Counted from the whole stretch's first letter, positions 49,640 through 63,434 are shown. The stretch: 63,502 nucleotides of DNA, filler included, from Phoronis australis (GCA_002633005.1; 8 parts of 8 records of this genome joined end to end with filler, not necessarily neighbours in it); one strand, 5' to 3'. A program made the numbers and translations. The notes: a model not told the origin generated them from the sequence alone.

Positions 49640-52450
49640 CAATGATGGTTGACTGCTTTTGTAACTTTATGGCCCCTTCGACTGCAGGTTGAGCTTGTTG
49701 CGGTATGTTTGAAGTATACCAAAACTCTTTGCTTCACTCAAAACTGCCTATTTCTGGTTTCCTTGTCGCAGTCATGCTTGTGAATACATTATACAAGCTT
49801 TTTTCTAGCCAACTAGCAGGCATCATCTAAGCGGTTCCTGAGCTCGAAGACACACTGGTAAGTATTTCTTACTTCGCTTTGGTTTTCCCAATTAAGAGCT
49901 CGCTCAGGATTTGCATTGGGCATATTACTGTGTTACTGTATAGCAACTGAAAGGATGAGAATCCTGTCCTTGCTCGGGGCATTTACCGGTAAGCAATCAG
50001 GACAGCTGGCAGATACCGGTCCCAATCTCTTAGTCTTTGTTGACACACCTTCTTCAGCATGGCTTTGAGTACACCATTGAGTCGTCCATACAGCCCGTCA
50101 CACCGTGGATTGTAAGGGGTCATATACAGATGATGTGCGCTCACCAGCCTGCTGGCCTTCATCATTTTCCTCGAGAATTGCGTTCCACGATCACTCAGGA
50201 TCTCTCGTGGGAGCCCTACTGAACTGCAGACTTCTAACATCGCTTCAGCCACGTGATCCGGCTCAATCTTCGGCAGCTCCACTGCTTCCCGGTATCTGAT
50301 AACAAAGTTTACCACCGTGAGAGTATACCTGTTTCCCTTGTCAGAAACTAGAGATATGGGGCCAATCAGATCAATCGCCATCCCTTTGAAAGGGTCCTCC
50401 ATCAAATGCATCTTCCCAATCGGTATATTGTTTACTCGGTCTTTCTGATGATCTGCAGAATGGGTCCACACCTGATGCCACACCTGGCCAATAGAAGTTG
50501 CTGGTAATACGGTCAGTTGCCTTTCTATGCCTCGCTGGACCTCCATCACATATGACCCTTTGCCTTTGGTCTGGGAACAGTTTACTCCCACAGCTTTTTC
50601 ATTGATGAATATTTATTCATGGCTTCTTTGAACTGCTTTATTCCCACCATTTGTACGGTCGGAGATACAGCTAATAGCTTAATCACCGCTTTTTGTGGCT
50701 TTGCCTGAGCTCTGGTTGCCACTGCTACCGCTTCCCTGACAGCATCTCTCCTTACCAACATGTCGCTCACCTCCTCTTCATCTGGAGTTGAGGTTACTGG
50801 GCTCTTCGCTTGAGAAGAAGTACCCTCTTGAGAGTAGTCTTTCGGACCCTCCACCAGCCTTTTGCCTGTTCTGTCCATGTTGACCATGGTTACCGTCTGC
50901 TGTCACTCAAAATCCTGTTTCCAAGGGGCCAGGTACGTCCCCGAAAATCAAATCGTCCACTGGACGTTCCATACACATCGCAAACACTTATCCCGTGCAG
51001 CACAGTGTCTTGATTTTGTTTTTGGCTATAGGCAGCCATATCTTGGTTAAATCCGCCATCCTGCATGACCACTTCCGGCCGCTCATGTTTCCTGGTTCAA
51101 CTTAAGTGGATCCAACTACAACAGTTGTGGAGCCTGTGTCTCTCACGACGTAGACCTTCTTCGCTCCAACATACTCCTCCTTCAGACACAGCTTTCCTAT
51201 AGAACCGCGTTCCTCGTCAAAACGCTCCACTGACTACTCTTTACTCTAAGAACCTCGTTGGTTCACCCCCGCTGAGTTTAGGTGTCTTTTCTCCTATGTC
51301 TGCGTTCGACAGTCTTTAGGTATGTGTCCAGACTTGTGGCAGACGAAACAACTTTCCTTTGCCAGGTCAGTTTGACTCTCTGGTTGTCCCTTTTAACTGG
51401 TGGTTCTTGCAACTTTTTCATACACGACTGAGAGCTTGTTATATCCACCCCATGGGCCACAATAGATCTCTCTGCAAACCCGACCACCCTAGCACAGGCG
51501 TTTGGGGCCCGCTCTCGCAGCAACATTGCAAAGTCCTGTAAGTGCAGCTGTTCACGTACTGCTCATGCATCAACATGTCTCTCAACTCTATAAAGTCTTT
51601 ACCACAATCTGACATGTCGATTCACCTGTGTAAGAAGCGCTACAAACTGATAAACTGTCTCATCCCTCTCAGCCCTCCCTTCCCGGAAATGCCTGCGAAA
51701 GTACTCTTCCGTCAGCACATACCACGTCAGCAAGATTCTTTTCAATGTAGCATAGTCCAGTGCATCCATCTGCCATCAGAAGGCCGGTGTAAACAAGCAG
51801 ACTCTTGCCTATAAACAAGGGGCAAAGAATAATTGCCGATTTACACTATGTCCAACCCTGACTCTCGGCGTATCTTTCAAACCTTTTCAGGATATTGTCC
51901 ATGTCGTCCTGCTTTTCACCAAACTTGGGTAGCTTCGGCTTTACACCACCAGTTGTCCTAACAAAGTTACCCTCACTTGCAACCTGTTAAGCTTTAAGTA
52001 TTGCTAGCGCCCTCTCGTGTTTAATTCTTTCTCTCTTCATCTGCTGTTAGGTTTCGTTGGTTTGACTTTTCTCATTGACTTCATCGTCTCGTGCTTGCCT
52101 TCTCTCCTCGGCATCACGAGCTTGCTGTCTCTCCTCATCTTCACGAGTCTCTGCTTGTTGTTTTTCTACATATTGTCTAAGCTTGTCTCCCTCCAGACGC
52201 ATTTCTGGTCATTGAGCCATCAACTTCTTTAATTGAGATATTGTCTGCATTATTGAGTCCAATAGTCCACTTTATCACACCTTGTTACCGTCAGTAAGCT
52301 CCAAGGATTCTCGCTAATTGTTACGTTTTCCCCGTGTGTGGGTGGGCGGAGGTTGTTACCAAATGGTGTGAATGCATTAGTCTTCGTGATAAAGAACACA
52401 CTGTTTGCTCAATGTAATTTTGTTTCTGATAAGGACGAAAACATTCGACC
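49640..52450 (-). mobile_element. Degenerate Gmr1-like gypsy retrotransposon (gag-protease-integrase; no RT seen)
   Basis: gag KPKLPKFGEKQDDMD...FERYAESQGW (~51950-51850); protease VRDTGSTTVVV (~51150); integrase PFKGMAIDLIGP...GLPREILSDRGTQF...TPYNPRCDG (50591-49983); many stops and frameshifts; LTR-like ...TAACA end near 52319. Confidence 0.85.
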
Positions 52451-52479
52451 CCGGGACAAGTAAACTCATAATCAACATT

Positions 52480-53620
52480 ACATCTAACAACATTGACGAC
52501 CTTCTCACGATTAATATTGTTTCTTATCCCTAAATTAGAGGTCTTTATGATCTTTAAATAAATAATAACATCTACCTTGTCTTTAGGATCAACAACTCTA
52601 GTATTATTATAGGTTATGTTCTTTAGGACAGGTTCATCTTGTACTTAGTTTTGGACATGCAGTTTTTGTAGAATAATTTTTAACATTACCAGTAAATGTT
52701 TGTACATGATAATGTTGTTCAACTTTTGAGACAAACCAATTAATGTGCTTATCCAGAAATGAATTTGTGTAACCATTATTTATTAGAAATTGTATTACAT
52801 GTTGGACTTCACTAATGAACAGGTTCTAGTTTGACGAAATAGTATGAGATCTCTTTAAGAGATTGACTAAAACAGCTATATGTTAACGCCCAGGACAGTC
52901 ACTATCGGCATGGTGACAAATACGTTTGTCAATAGGGTGGTAATAAACTGATGTGATGAATCTTGTGTCTGAGTTACCTACATTTTTAAGTAGATCTAGG
53001 AAAGGTATGTTATCATTCACAGATGTTTCATGAGTGAATTTCAATACTGAATGGTTTCCAAACCCAGTCTTAAGCGATAACATTTCGTCGAAATTACAAT
53101 AAACGAAAATATCATCAACATATCGAACATATATAAGAATGCGGTCAATGCTAGTTTTAACTCGTTTTTCCATTTTTGATATATGAAATACAGCTAAAGT
53201 TGGGACAAATGGGGAACCCATACTAACACCATCTTTCTGCCAAAATGGTTTACCATTGACATGTCAAAGTGGTACCATCGTAGTGCCAGTTAAAAGCATT
53301 TCTTCAAGTATGTCAGTGTGAATTTCAGGCAGTTTCAAATTTGAATGCTTATAGACATTGTTACTAATATTATCTGTGGTTTCACGTACTGGAACCTTGG
53401 TGAATAAAGACTGTGCATCCAGTGACATTGGTTGGCAGCTAGTAATAAGTACAGTGGTACGCAAAATCTCAAGGAAGTCATCACGTGTCTTGATACTATA
53501 CTGACTTTGAATATACGGCTTTATAAACTGATCAATACAATAAGACCCTTTGTATTATGTAGGGATTAATAATTGGGAAATGTCAGGTCTCATTGGATTA
53601 TTAACTTTATGCGTCTTAGT
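52480..53620 (-). mobile_element. Penelope-like reverse transcriptase relic
   Basis: SLDAQSLFTKVPV, QKDGVSMGSP, YVRYVDDIF, IPFLDL, TSVY motifs; frameshifted. Confidence 0.88.
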
Positions 53621-55059
53621 AGTAAGATTTTTCCTGATATAGAACGTGATTTCTCTGAAGGTTACCTTTGTGGCAACTACAATAGCACCATCGCAAAACA
53701 AAGTATTTCTGGCTTGATAACAATTTAAGTGCAGACAAAAGCTTTCAGGAGCACAAAATATACAATTATCGAGAAACGAATTTCAATCGTAGCAACAGTA
53801 CGACAACGCAACCTATCTTTTCAAAGATTTCATAACGATAAAATTGTGATAGTCTTCCTCTGGAGATAATCATTTCTTTGAAGATCTCCACTAGCAGATT
53901 TCCAGTAAAAAATACGCAAATGTCGAACAAAGATTGTAGCATTTTCAGAGTTGAGGGTTAATTCATCAACTACAATAGTTACCTCTAGAATGAGAAATAA
54001 TACAGGTTAACAGATTAAAAGTACACCAAAACGGTTTTGGCCTAATAAGAGATACTGAAATCGATTATTTCATTAACTTCTCTGAAACAAAATAATACAG
54101 TGTAAGATTCGAGAATCCTAAAAATTTGTAGGAAAATTTGAAAACTCCTTTCAGTGTCTGGTAAATGGGCAGCGTTACCTGCGATTTTAGTGAATTACAC
54201 GGCAACTGTACCAAAAGGCTACCCACCAAGGACCACAATATCAAGTTTGTGAAATAGGGAGTATGAGATTTTAGTTTATTCCAGCTTTTATCTTTTAAGG
54301 ATGACGGCAATGGTGCATTGGCAGGTGAAATGATGAATGATTAGTTGAAATCATCAAATCGGGCTTTAGCGTCATCTTAAATGTCTTGTGGGACCTCAAA
54401 CCCCCACAGACAACGCGCAACATCGCTGATAGTAGTTTCAACACAGCGGTGCTGTTGTGGGGCGTAGGGGGATATAGGCACAGCCAATCACCTTTTTGCA
54501 ATTTAATATGACGTCTACGTACCGTAAGTTACGATATAGTGGGGCGTGGGAAAACGAAGGCGCAGCCAACCACCTCTTTACATTTTAACGTAGCCCCTAT
54601 GCTCCTTAATTTAAATTACGGCATAGTGGGAAGTATAGTCTTCTCGATACGATAGCTTACGGTATCGAGGCTGCTATGTTGACGACAGCATCGTTGCCGA
54701 ATATTTCGGCGTGTGCGACCGCCAAGCATACATGTACTTCAATGAGATTATGATCGGCAAACTCGGGTATAAGTCGCCAGAAGTAAAACAGCTCCATTTC
54801 AACTTTGCATTTTGAAGCGTTACCGGTACCTACAGTGTAGGTGCTGGTCATTCGAATGGACTCATCCAAACAAATCGAACCGATTGCTGCTGAGTTAGAA
54901 GATTAATTGAGATCTTGTTAAGTTGCCCTCCGATGAAACGACAATCAACAAGCAAATCATTGATCATTTACATACGACCATGTATTGGTGGTAGCGAGCC
55001 ACATTTTATGTGTTTGGTCATGGCCAGCTTGAATAACAAACTGCCGAATCCAATTAAGC

Positions 55060-55764
55060 ATCCTTTCTTATAACAGAGAACACCTCGTTGCATTTGCAAG
55101 TGACGGCGCCAGTGTCTTCACCCAAAAACGTTCTGGAGTTGAAACAGGATTACGCGAACGCTTCCTTAGACATTTTACTTGGCAGTGCTTAAACCACGGG
55201 CAAGAGTTAGCAGTTGGGGATGCTGTGGCAGAAGTGACTGTATGTGGTGATTTCAGAGCATTAACATGAGGGTGGATAATCTCTTTTCATTGTACATTCG
55301 ATCACATAAACACGAAGCTAAAAGCTGCTGCTGCTGAACTTGAGTGCCACTTTGTTCGAATAGGTCGCACACTTGACGTTCATTGAGTGGCGAGAAGTTT
55401 CAGAACGGTAAAGGCAGTGTGGAGATCATTGAACGAACTTTATCAACATTTCAAGTTAGCCAGTGAAGACCCTGATTCTGATTCTCGAAATCGGAGCATG
55501 TTTTGGGCATTACTGCGATACTTGGAAAGTCCCGCCTTCATTTATAATCTTGAGCTGATGCACTTTGTGTTAGATGAGCTGTCAAGCCTGTTTATCGATA
55601 TACAATGCAGAACCGCAAATATACCATTTTGCTCTTTTCTGAGCATCTTGGACACCAAATCGTGGCCCATGGAATCTGGGATAGGACATGGCGAGTACGA
55701 AGTCAGGCGTATTTGCGAGCGGTATGGGCTGTTTGTCACAAAGGCAATCAGCGGAATGTGTTAG
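55060..55764 (+). mobile_element. Degenerate intronless hAT transposase (KIAA1586/ZNF862-like)
   Basis: HLVAFASDGASV...WQCLNHGQELAVGDAV...RIGRTLDVH*VARSFRTVKAVWRS...LYQHF...DELSSL; internal stops. Confidence 0.85.
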
Positions 55765-56649
55765 TTCGTAGAAATGTGGGAGACGGTTAGAGTAGACAAT
55801 CAACCTTGCGGGTTTTTCTACCGATTACCTTCACAGACAACTTTTGAAAGGAAGGCAAAGAAATTCTAAACTCCCGTGGAAAAAGTACAGGCATTGACAC
55901 CGTCTAATAAAACAATTGTAAAATAAAGACACTTCAATGTAAAGGACAGCACGTGGTACCTAAATGACAATGACAACCAATTATGTCGTGAATTATTTGA
56001 TATACTCATCTCCGATGACTGCATTCAACTAATAAATGAATCAATGCGAAAACCTCTTCCCATTGCTGTATCAATCTGTGTATAACAAACAACTTCGCAA
56101 TATTCTAATCCGCTTCGGTCAGACCACCAATTTTCAATTCAGATCACCACGTTATAGAAATTACATTCACACTCAAGAGTACATATTTTTTTAAAAATTG
56201 GGATTACAATTTAATCAACACGGAAACCCTGTGCCGATATCACCACATGTGAATGTGATGAAGTTCTGAAACAGAATGACCTAAACGAAACAGTCTCAAC
56301 ATTCACTTCATCACTATCTAACATAGTTGATAAAAATATTCCGTCTACGACAAAAAATAAAAAGTAAGAATAAACCGTAGATTAAGCAACAGGATCAAGT
56401 CAGAAAGCAAAAAAGAAAGCGGTACAAATTATAATTAAGAAGTCGAAGCGCAATATGAAAATTATCGACAGTAGGATTAATGTTTAATGTTTAAAATCCA
56501 GTTTAGATGAAGGGTTGTACAAGGCAATGTCTCAAGTAAAGGTGAAAAAATATGTGTTCGAGGAAACGTATTCCGAGCCAGCGGAAATCCAAAGAACCCC
56601 ACCTTCACTCGCCAAATGACGCGAAATGTTCATATACAGCACACATCAC

Positions 56650-56730
56650 GAATTTTTGGCCGACCGGTCGGAAATTGGTGGACGACCGGCCGTCGACCGG
56701 TCGGCTAAAAATTAGCCGACCGGCAGCCGC
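56650..56730. repeat. GC-rich cluster of CCGACCGG(TCGG) palindromic motifs; probable transposon subterminal region
   Basis: ggccgaccggtcgg...cgaccggccgtcgaccggtcggctaaaaattagccgaccgg. Confidence 0.6.
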
Positions 56731-56975
56731 CCGCAGTGCCGACTCATAAGGCGACCCCACAGCCGACCCTNTGGTTCCTGATCTGTCTGTGTTAATTTGA
56801 TATATTTCACTAATGGCCAACCTCAGCGTCTGTTTACTTACTATATCGAATTAACACATACTGTAAATTTGCTGATTGTATATATTATTGTCCAAACCCC
56901 GTGAGTAAAAGGCGAAACGCCACTCATGGGATATATGACACGACAATTGGCTGTAAACATTAATGCACAGATAGC

Positions 56976-57052
56976 GGATCCTCTATAGCTCTGTGGTAAG
57001 ATCACTAGACCGGCAATCCAGAGACCTAAGGTTCGATACCCAGTTGGGTTCA
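56976..57052 (+). other. Pseudo-tRNA / tRNA-derived repeat
   Basis: TAGCTCTGTGGTAAG A-box, CTAGA-CCGGCAA-TCCAG anticodon-like arm with a mismatch and no U33, GGTTCGATACC B-box; poor acceptor stem. Confidence 0.55.
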
Positions 57053-57749
57053 TGATATTTTGTATTTATTTGATGTATTTCTCTACTGAGATAACTAGTT
57101 GTTGTCAAAATTAAAAATTCGCCATTATTCTGCATAAAAAGTGCTTATTTTATGGCATCATTTCACAAGTAATTGAACCGCCATGGCGGGATAGATAGAT
57201 GACTGTGCGACGGTAAACATAATTAAAACTATCAGCTAGCTTATTCTTGTATTATGCAAGTAAACTACAATCAATCAATAGAATCAACACACGGTGATCA
57301 AATTAAATGTCAATAGCTTCTAAAACTGCACTGTTCAACCAATCATGTTGAACTAATTTATTCGATGAGTAGCACATTATCAGACAAACTGTGATATTCG
57401 ATAAACAGCTGGCTGCAGAAAACGTTTTTTGTTGAGAAGACAAACTGACTATATTCAACGTTAATGACGAAACTCAAGCAATAGATGAGGTGGTTCGGTG
57501 GGNGTAGATACTAGGCGTAAACAAAACCAAGTAGATAGTAAAATTACGAAAATTGTAATAAAACAATTAAAACCTGCGCTATTTAGGAAATGAGTCTTCG
57601 TCAAGATATACATGTACCCAAGTTGCCGTTTTAACTGATATTGTTTTTAATGTATCAAATCAAACCGTGCTTTCGAAATTTTAGACTTTAATTTTGTTAA
57701 TGCCAGAGAAAACCAACTTCGGTGTAATAATAAACACCAGGGATAAGAA

Positions 57750-58239
57750 AGTAGTGCCAGCAGTTGACCTTCAATTTCATGAGATTAGACATGCATGAAT
57801 ACACAGAGCCTGATCCTTTACATTGCACGAGACAGTAAATACATCACATGCACTAGATCTCAGGTTAGTCAGTTGAGTTTAACTGGTTTGAGTTGAATAT
57901 GCAGCTGTTTTGAGTTAAGTTTGAGTTGAGTCGTGTTGCAGCTACAGATTCAACAGAAAAACCATTGGTATAAACAGCTACATGTAGAGAGACAGTTCCT
58001 GAAATAGGCTGAATAGTTTATCACGTGTCAGAGCATCGCAACACTGGTGGGAGCATAGAACAGACATGACATCGATGGTTTTGTTTATGTTTAGCGTGAA
58101 AATTAATACGATCGATATTAGATTAGAAAAGTGATTATCTCAAACCAGTTTTCCGTCTATCGTCGCACCGAGGGCTATTAGAACCGATCGGCAGTAGCCT
58201 GCAACAGGGCCGCCACCCATCTACAGGGGGATTGTGACA
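57750..58239 (+). mobile_element. Solo-LTR-like sequence (family B) in an FN3-gene intron
   Basis: cactggtgggagcatagaacagacat and gtctatcgtcgcacc...gctattagaaccg match ~9967-10088; ends tgtgaCA. 5' end approximate. Confidence 0.55.
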
Positions 58240-58289
58240 AACGTGCATCACTCGGCGACAATAGGCAAGAACATGTAACAAGCTCTCAC

Positions 58290-58547
58290 CTGATTCACTC
58301 GTATGACATGCTATCGAGGCTGAAACTACATCATCCCATCCTGCCTTGACTGTTGTTATCGTAACATTGTACTCAGTAAAAGAAGTCAAACCAGTGCAAC
58401 GTTTGTTGGTAGCATTATTATCTGCAATGAAGTGATGTTTTCCGCAAGACACTTTGTAGCTATCTTTATTTCCAGCTGCTGCGGTCCAATTGACATCAAT
58501 TGTTTTCTCACCTCCAACCAGAGAGACAATAGTAGCTGCAGCCAGTT
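58290..58547 (-). CDS. Fibronectin type III exon B (duplicate of A; alternative donor ends it at 58299)
   Basis: Phase 1-1: AATIVSLVGGEKTIDVNWTAAAGNKDSYKVSCGKHHFIAD...CTGLTSFTEYNVTITTVKAG. Confidence 0.9.
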
Positions 58548-59298
58548 CTAGAAAGGTAGTGGCATACCAACTGATATGTGTCCATGTCTAACCCTGTTAA
58601 AACTCAAGGTTTAGCGAAACAATGTTTAAACGAGTTCACGGTGTTTTGTCAGATTAGCAAATTGTCATCAGTGCAGCTGTGTGTCATAAGGCCACTCTTA
58701 AGCATTCAACAGAATGAAATGGTAACAAAAAACTGTTCGGTGCGGAAATCACTCTTCTTGCTTTGAGATGCAATTCCTTAAAATTAATTTACAGACGTTA
58801 ACAGATCTGGTAAAAACAGAAACGTATTTTCCACCCAATTGTTACCATAATTAACTGCAACTTTATTTCCTAATTTGATAATGTTTTCAGCAACTACAAA
58901 TTGAAAGTACAGTGATTATAGTTCAGGACACGAAATTTAGCATCAATTCAAAACGACTAGCGATAACTGGAAAAAGTTCCAGATTGCTTATCGAAAATGA
59001 GACCGATAAATAAATCAACTGCATCAATGAAAGTGCAAAATTCCAGTACCTCACAAAGTGTAAGTTTCGATAATGAAACGACTAGTATACCATGTGCTAC
59101 GTAACGACCATTTTTCCCGGGTCCAATGCCCAATTGAGGATCATTCATGGCATCGGCAAACAGACGACCATCCACGAACGGGTGGCAAAATATTGATTCG
59201 GAAGTCATTGGTTGGCAATTGTCTCACCATTGTCGTATGTAATACAACCTGCATTACTTGGCATATATACACTAGAATATATAGCAACGAACACTCAC

Positions 59299-59556
59299 TT
59301 GTTTTAGCCGTCTTTGATGTCGAAACTGCATCACTCGATCCTGCCTTGATTGTTCTTATGGTGACCACGTACTCAGTTCCAGGAGTCAAGCCAGTACAAC
59401 GTTTCTTGTTATCAGCCTTGTCAGCAATGAACTGATGGGTGCCGCATGAAACTTTGTACCTGTCTTTAGGTCCAGCCGAAGCACTCCACCTGACGTCAAT
59501 TGTTGTTTCACTTCCAACCACAGTGGTAATTGTAGCTGCATCAAGTGTTTTAGCGT
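59299..59556 (-). CDS. Fibronectin type III exon A
   Basis: 258 nt, phase 1-1: AATITTVVGSETTIDVRWSASAGPKDRYKVSC...CTGLTPGTEYVVTIRTIKAG...KT|GTGAGT. Confidence 0.9.
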
Positions 59557-60807
59557 CTAACACAAATGTAAAGACACGCATTAAACAAAATAATAGGACA
59601 ACAAATAGCATAGGTATGCGCCCATATTGTTCAACGTGAACAGAGCAGACATTAACCTTGCAGATTTATAATCCCCAAGAGACAGTTTTATTTCACTTAA
59701 AAATGTCAATAAGTGAGGATATAAAACAAACTCCTCTAGAATTGAATTCCATGAGAATCGACCGATGAGTTTGGTGTGTGCCGAGGATGAGGTGAACCAA
59801 TTGCAATAACAATGAAGCACATTACTATTGATATTTGTCTGAAAATTAGGGCCGTGTCTCACCTACAATTAACACAAAACTTTCTGATAGAGAGGCACTG
59901 AAGGCATATGAATTAACTGTCACAGGGGGTTGCAACGTTCACAAATATTCACAATTTCAAGAGGTGCTTTTGCACCTCATAAACAATTTTCCACGGTTTC
60001 ATGAGTAGAGACGTGGCTGAAGAAAAAAAAAACACGAAGGCGCACAGCATTCACTTGATCTAAAATCAAGCGAGCGCTGTTTTTAGTCTTTGCTTTATTT
60101 ACGAAATGGGAAGATCTATTTCAGGACTCTATAGATTAACAAGTAGAGGCACTGACATGCAGAGAGGGGCACAAAACACAAGCCGAAAAGGTCATTTTGG
60201 AGGTTTTAAATTTCCCATTACTCCTGAATTGATCAAGTGCTTTAAATAAAATTAAAAAATAATGCACATAGCATATTATAATGTGTCATTCCATATGCTT
60301 CTGATGAACTTGGTACTTTTGGTTTGCTTCCATTAGCATGGGAATAACATTACTTAGCCTTGTTTATTCATTGTGTGCGTCGTGGAAGCTGATAATAGTG
60401 TGCGTTTAACAGTACGGCTCGCGCGGGGCAATTTGAATGGACTTGAATTTTATTGATTATCAGGGGCCATGGGCGCACACTTCGCAGTAATATACACACA
60501 CGTTCCTACTCAGACAAAAATGGTGCTTTTTCCCTGCTGAAAAGCATTGCCCTTTATCTACACTTAGTTTTTTAAGACCTCAGTGACCTAGAGTTTAAAG
60601 AAAAATGGTTGGGTCTTTTTGTNNNNNNNNNNNNNNNNNNNNNNNNNNNNNNNNNNNNNNNNNNNNTTAATTAATTAANNNNNNNNNNNNNNNNNNNNNN
60701 NNNNNNNNNNNNNNNNNNNNNNTTCCGTCTAAGTGCAAAAAGTTTTGCATTACAACTATTTATTTTGATACTAGAAGGAAAATGATCCTTGTGAATGGGT
60801 GACTCAC

Positions 60808-63434
60808 CGTAGTTGGATACAAACTGCGCCGCAGTAAACATCGCGTACGCCACTGCGCACGCCAAACCGCGTGCACATGATAGCAGACCGCACGTTGTTC
60901 CTTTTAAACCGGCAGGTGCTTGACTGATGGCAAATTCTAAGCCTGTGAGGAAATGAATATCTCGCTAGAAATCCTGACGCCTTCATGGCCTTCAGTAACA
61001 GGTTCCTCCTTGTCGTGCAAAGAGTTGTGAATAAAATTGGTTTAACAGAAATATCCCTGTTTCATCTAAAGTGAGTAGGCCTGCACTGTGTTTAACGCAA
61101 AATTGGTCTCATAACATTCCTTACGAGCTATGATACCATTTCCGTCGCCGATTCTATTAACAAGCAATGCGCACATGCGCCATTCTCAATTTTGCAATTT
61201 TAGAGTTGACCAACGCCAATAAAGTCTTAAGTGTTTTCTTGAGTCGCCAAAGGTTTCGATGTTATTGTTGGTAACGGAAATAGAATTTTATCACGGCAAA
61301 GATTCCTAAAAGACGTTTTGTTTTGTTTTTTTGTTTGTTGTTCCTTTTCCAGCTAAATGTGGCAAAATACAGCTTTAAGTAATGAGATGGGTAAACCATA
61401 GGGAAATGAAACAATTAGGAACTAAGATGACTACCGACAAACTTGCTTCAAATTGGACATCATCAAGAAAGATCACGAATGAATATCGATGTCAACTCTA
61501 TGAATTGATTTTTATACTGTATAATGTAAAAGCTAAGGTAAACGTGCTTACACAAAACATGCGTCAACACTTCACCCACTGACACTGGAAGCAACTGCAC
61601 GATGACAGAGACACATGAGAAGTTCTGTAGATTTGCCAGCAGTAGACTGGCCGCCACAACTAGTGATGCAAAATTGAGGATCATAGCTAACCCTGCAACA
61701 GATATCGTTTTGTCACAAGATTGTATCAACGTGGAGGGAAAAATATTACATAAGCACTCGCGTATATTCCGAAATTAGAAGAACGATGTCCCGGGTTCAT
61801 CTTCGTTTGTTCATCCATTTAGATTTTGGGTTGCATCATCAACAGAAAATACAATTTGGTTTTAGTTATGGAAGAACTATAGATTACTGAATTATAGTTT
61901 GATATCCGGACAGAGAAAACGACCCAAGGACAACTGGCAACTTAAGTACATGTAGTTGTTTTTCAGATACTAAAAACGCAATTGAAGAACTATTATCAGA
62001 TTCTATGTAGTGAAATAGCCTAACTTCACCTATTCCTTTTAGACGAGTAACACAGCTGAAGCTTCTTTCAGCAATTCGAAATGACACCATGATCACGGGC
62101 AACAGCGAGGATCCGATGACACCATCCAACATTCGAATGACCACGTTGTTGTAGTAGAGAGTGCCGTTGGATTGGTCAAACATTTCTTGAAACATTTTTG
62201 TGAACACAAAATCTTCGTCGCCAAATCGGTTGAAAGTCTGAAGCAGAGAAAATAAATTAACGTTTTTGGTGATCACATATTAGTGGCCCTTTTCCGCATT
62301 TTCTGAAATCGTTTATTTCAGCCAAATCTTTCACAGTAAAAAGTGATACCCTGATGTCGAGAAAAATATTTTCTATTTCTATTTTATTAGAAGTCAGGAT
62401 CGATGAAGCAACGTGTTGCCGGCCGGGATTAACGCCCTCTCCTTGAGAACACGCGCCCGTGGTGCAGGCTATTCTTCGCCTCATTTTCACTGTCGAACCC
62501 GAATTACGGCAGCAGAAAATTTACCGCAGTAATAGAACCTTTATCATTCTTTAAAAAGCACTTACTACAAACTTTGCTAAACACTCACGACGCTCAAAAA
62601 TCCCTGACCAAGAAAGATGGTGTACTATTCTGCATGTGCTTGTGCGCGCTTGTATTTCAGCATTCGTGGTCTCAGCTTTTTCGTGCGTGATAACAATTCG
62701 TGAGGTGCATGGTAAGTGCTTGAGAAGAATGGTAATTGTTCCATCATGTTGGTAAGGGTTCTGCTTCCGTTTTGAGTGTTCATCGGTCTCGATTACCATC
62801 CTTGAGCATTGTCCGACTTAAAGGTGGCTTACCTCGTCCATCACTCCATAACTCAGAATTAGAACGGCGAATATTGGCAAGAGATTAACAAGCTGCTGTA
62901 TGTTTCCAACCACCAGATGCTCACAGCTGTTGCTTCTTTCGAAGATAAATCGCTGGTTTCTTTGACACTTGGTTTTCTTGAAGCATGGTAATGCCTCTCG
63001 TAATCGCTTTCTCGTTGCTCTTACCATGTTAAGAATTACTCCCCCTGTGGACAGAAACGCATTCTAAGAAGGATCTTAGTAAGGAAAAACATGCACGAAG
63101 TTTTTTGTACGTGTTCAGTGAAGAAACGCGCAAAACAAATGAAACTTGTTATCTAGTCTTGAAGAAGTTTTCCTTAAATTTCCCTCTAGGTAACGACATG
63201 TCCAAGGCGCTATTCACCTGAAAGACGTTGTTGCGCAACTTACTGCTAAGTTTCGTGTCTTGTTCACTTAATGGAAGCATGGCTGCAGAGGCGACAAGAA
63301 GAAGAAGAGCCACGCCCGTACTGGCTAAAGTACAAACTGTGATGGCCTCAAGCTTTTTCATGCTCCGACAGTTGGAGTACCACAAGACCACTGATGCAGC
63401 CGCTGTACCGCCTATCTTGTACGGAAGGGCAGAG
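60808..63434 (-). CDS. SLC15: Divergent SLC15/POT (PTR2) transporter, five internal exons
   Basis: Exons 63434-63244, 63044-62833, 62237-62030, 61692-61552, 60942-60808 splice GT-AG in frame without stops; motifs IQQLVNLLPIFAVLILSYGV, TRLKGIGLAMILNFASLVVAA, VGEVLTHVLCLEFAISQAPAGLKG. Confidence 0.88.

Noticed and set aside
53660-54890. Putative further exons of the FN3 gene (~53985-53665 and 54889-54661)
   Set aside because: Splice-like signals exist, but there is no clear domain pattern and one has stops.
56976-57052. Functional tRNA gene
   Set aside because: Mismatched stems and no U33; kept only as a pseudo-tRNA.
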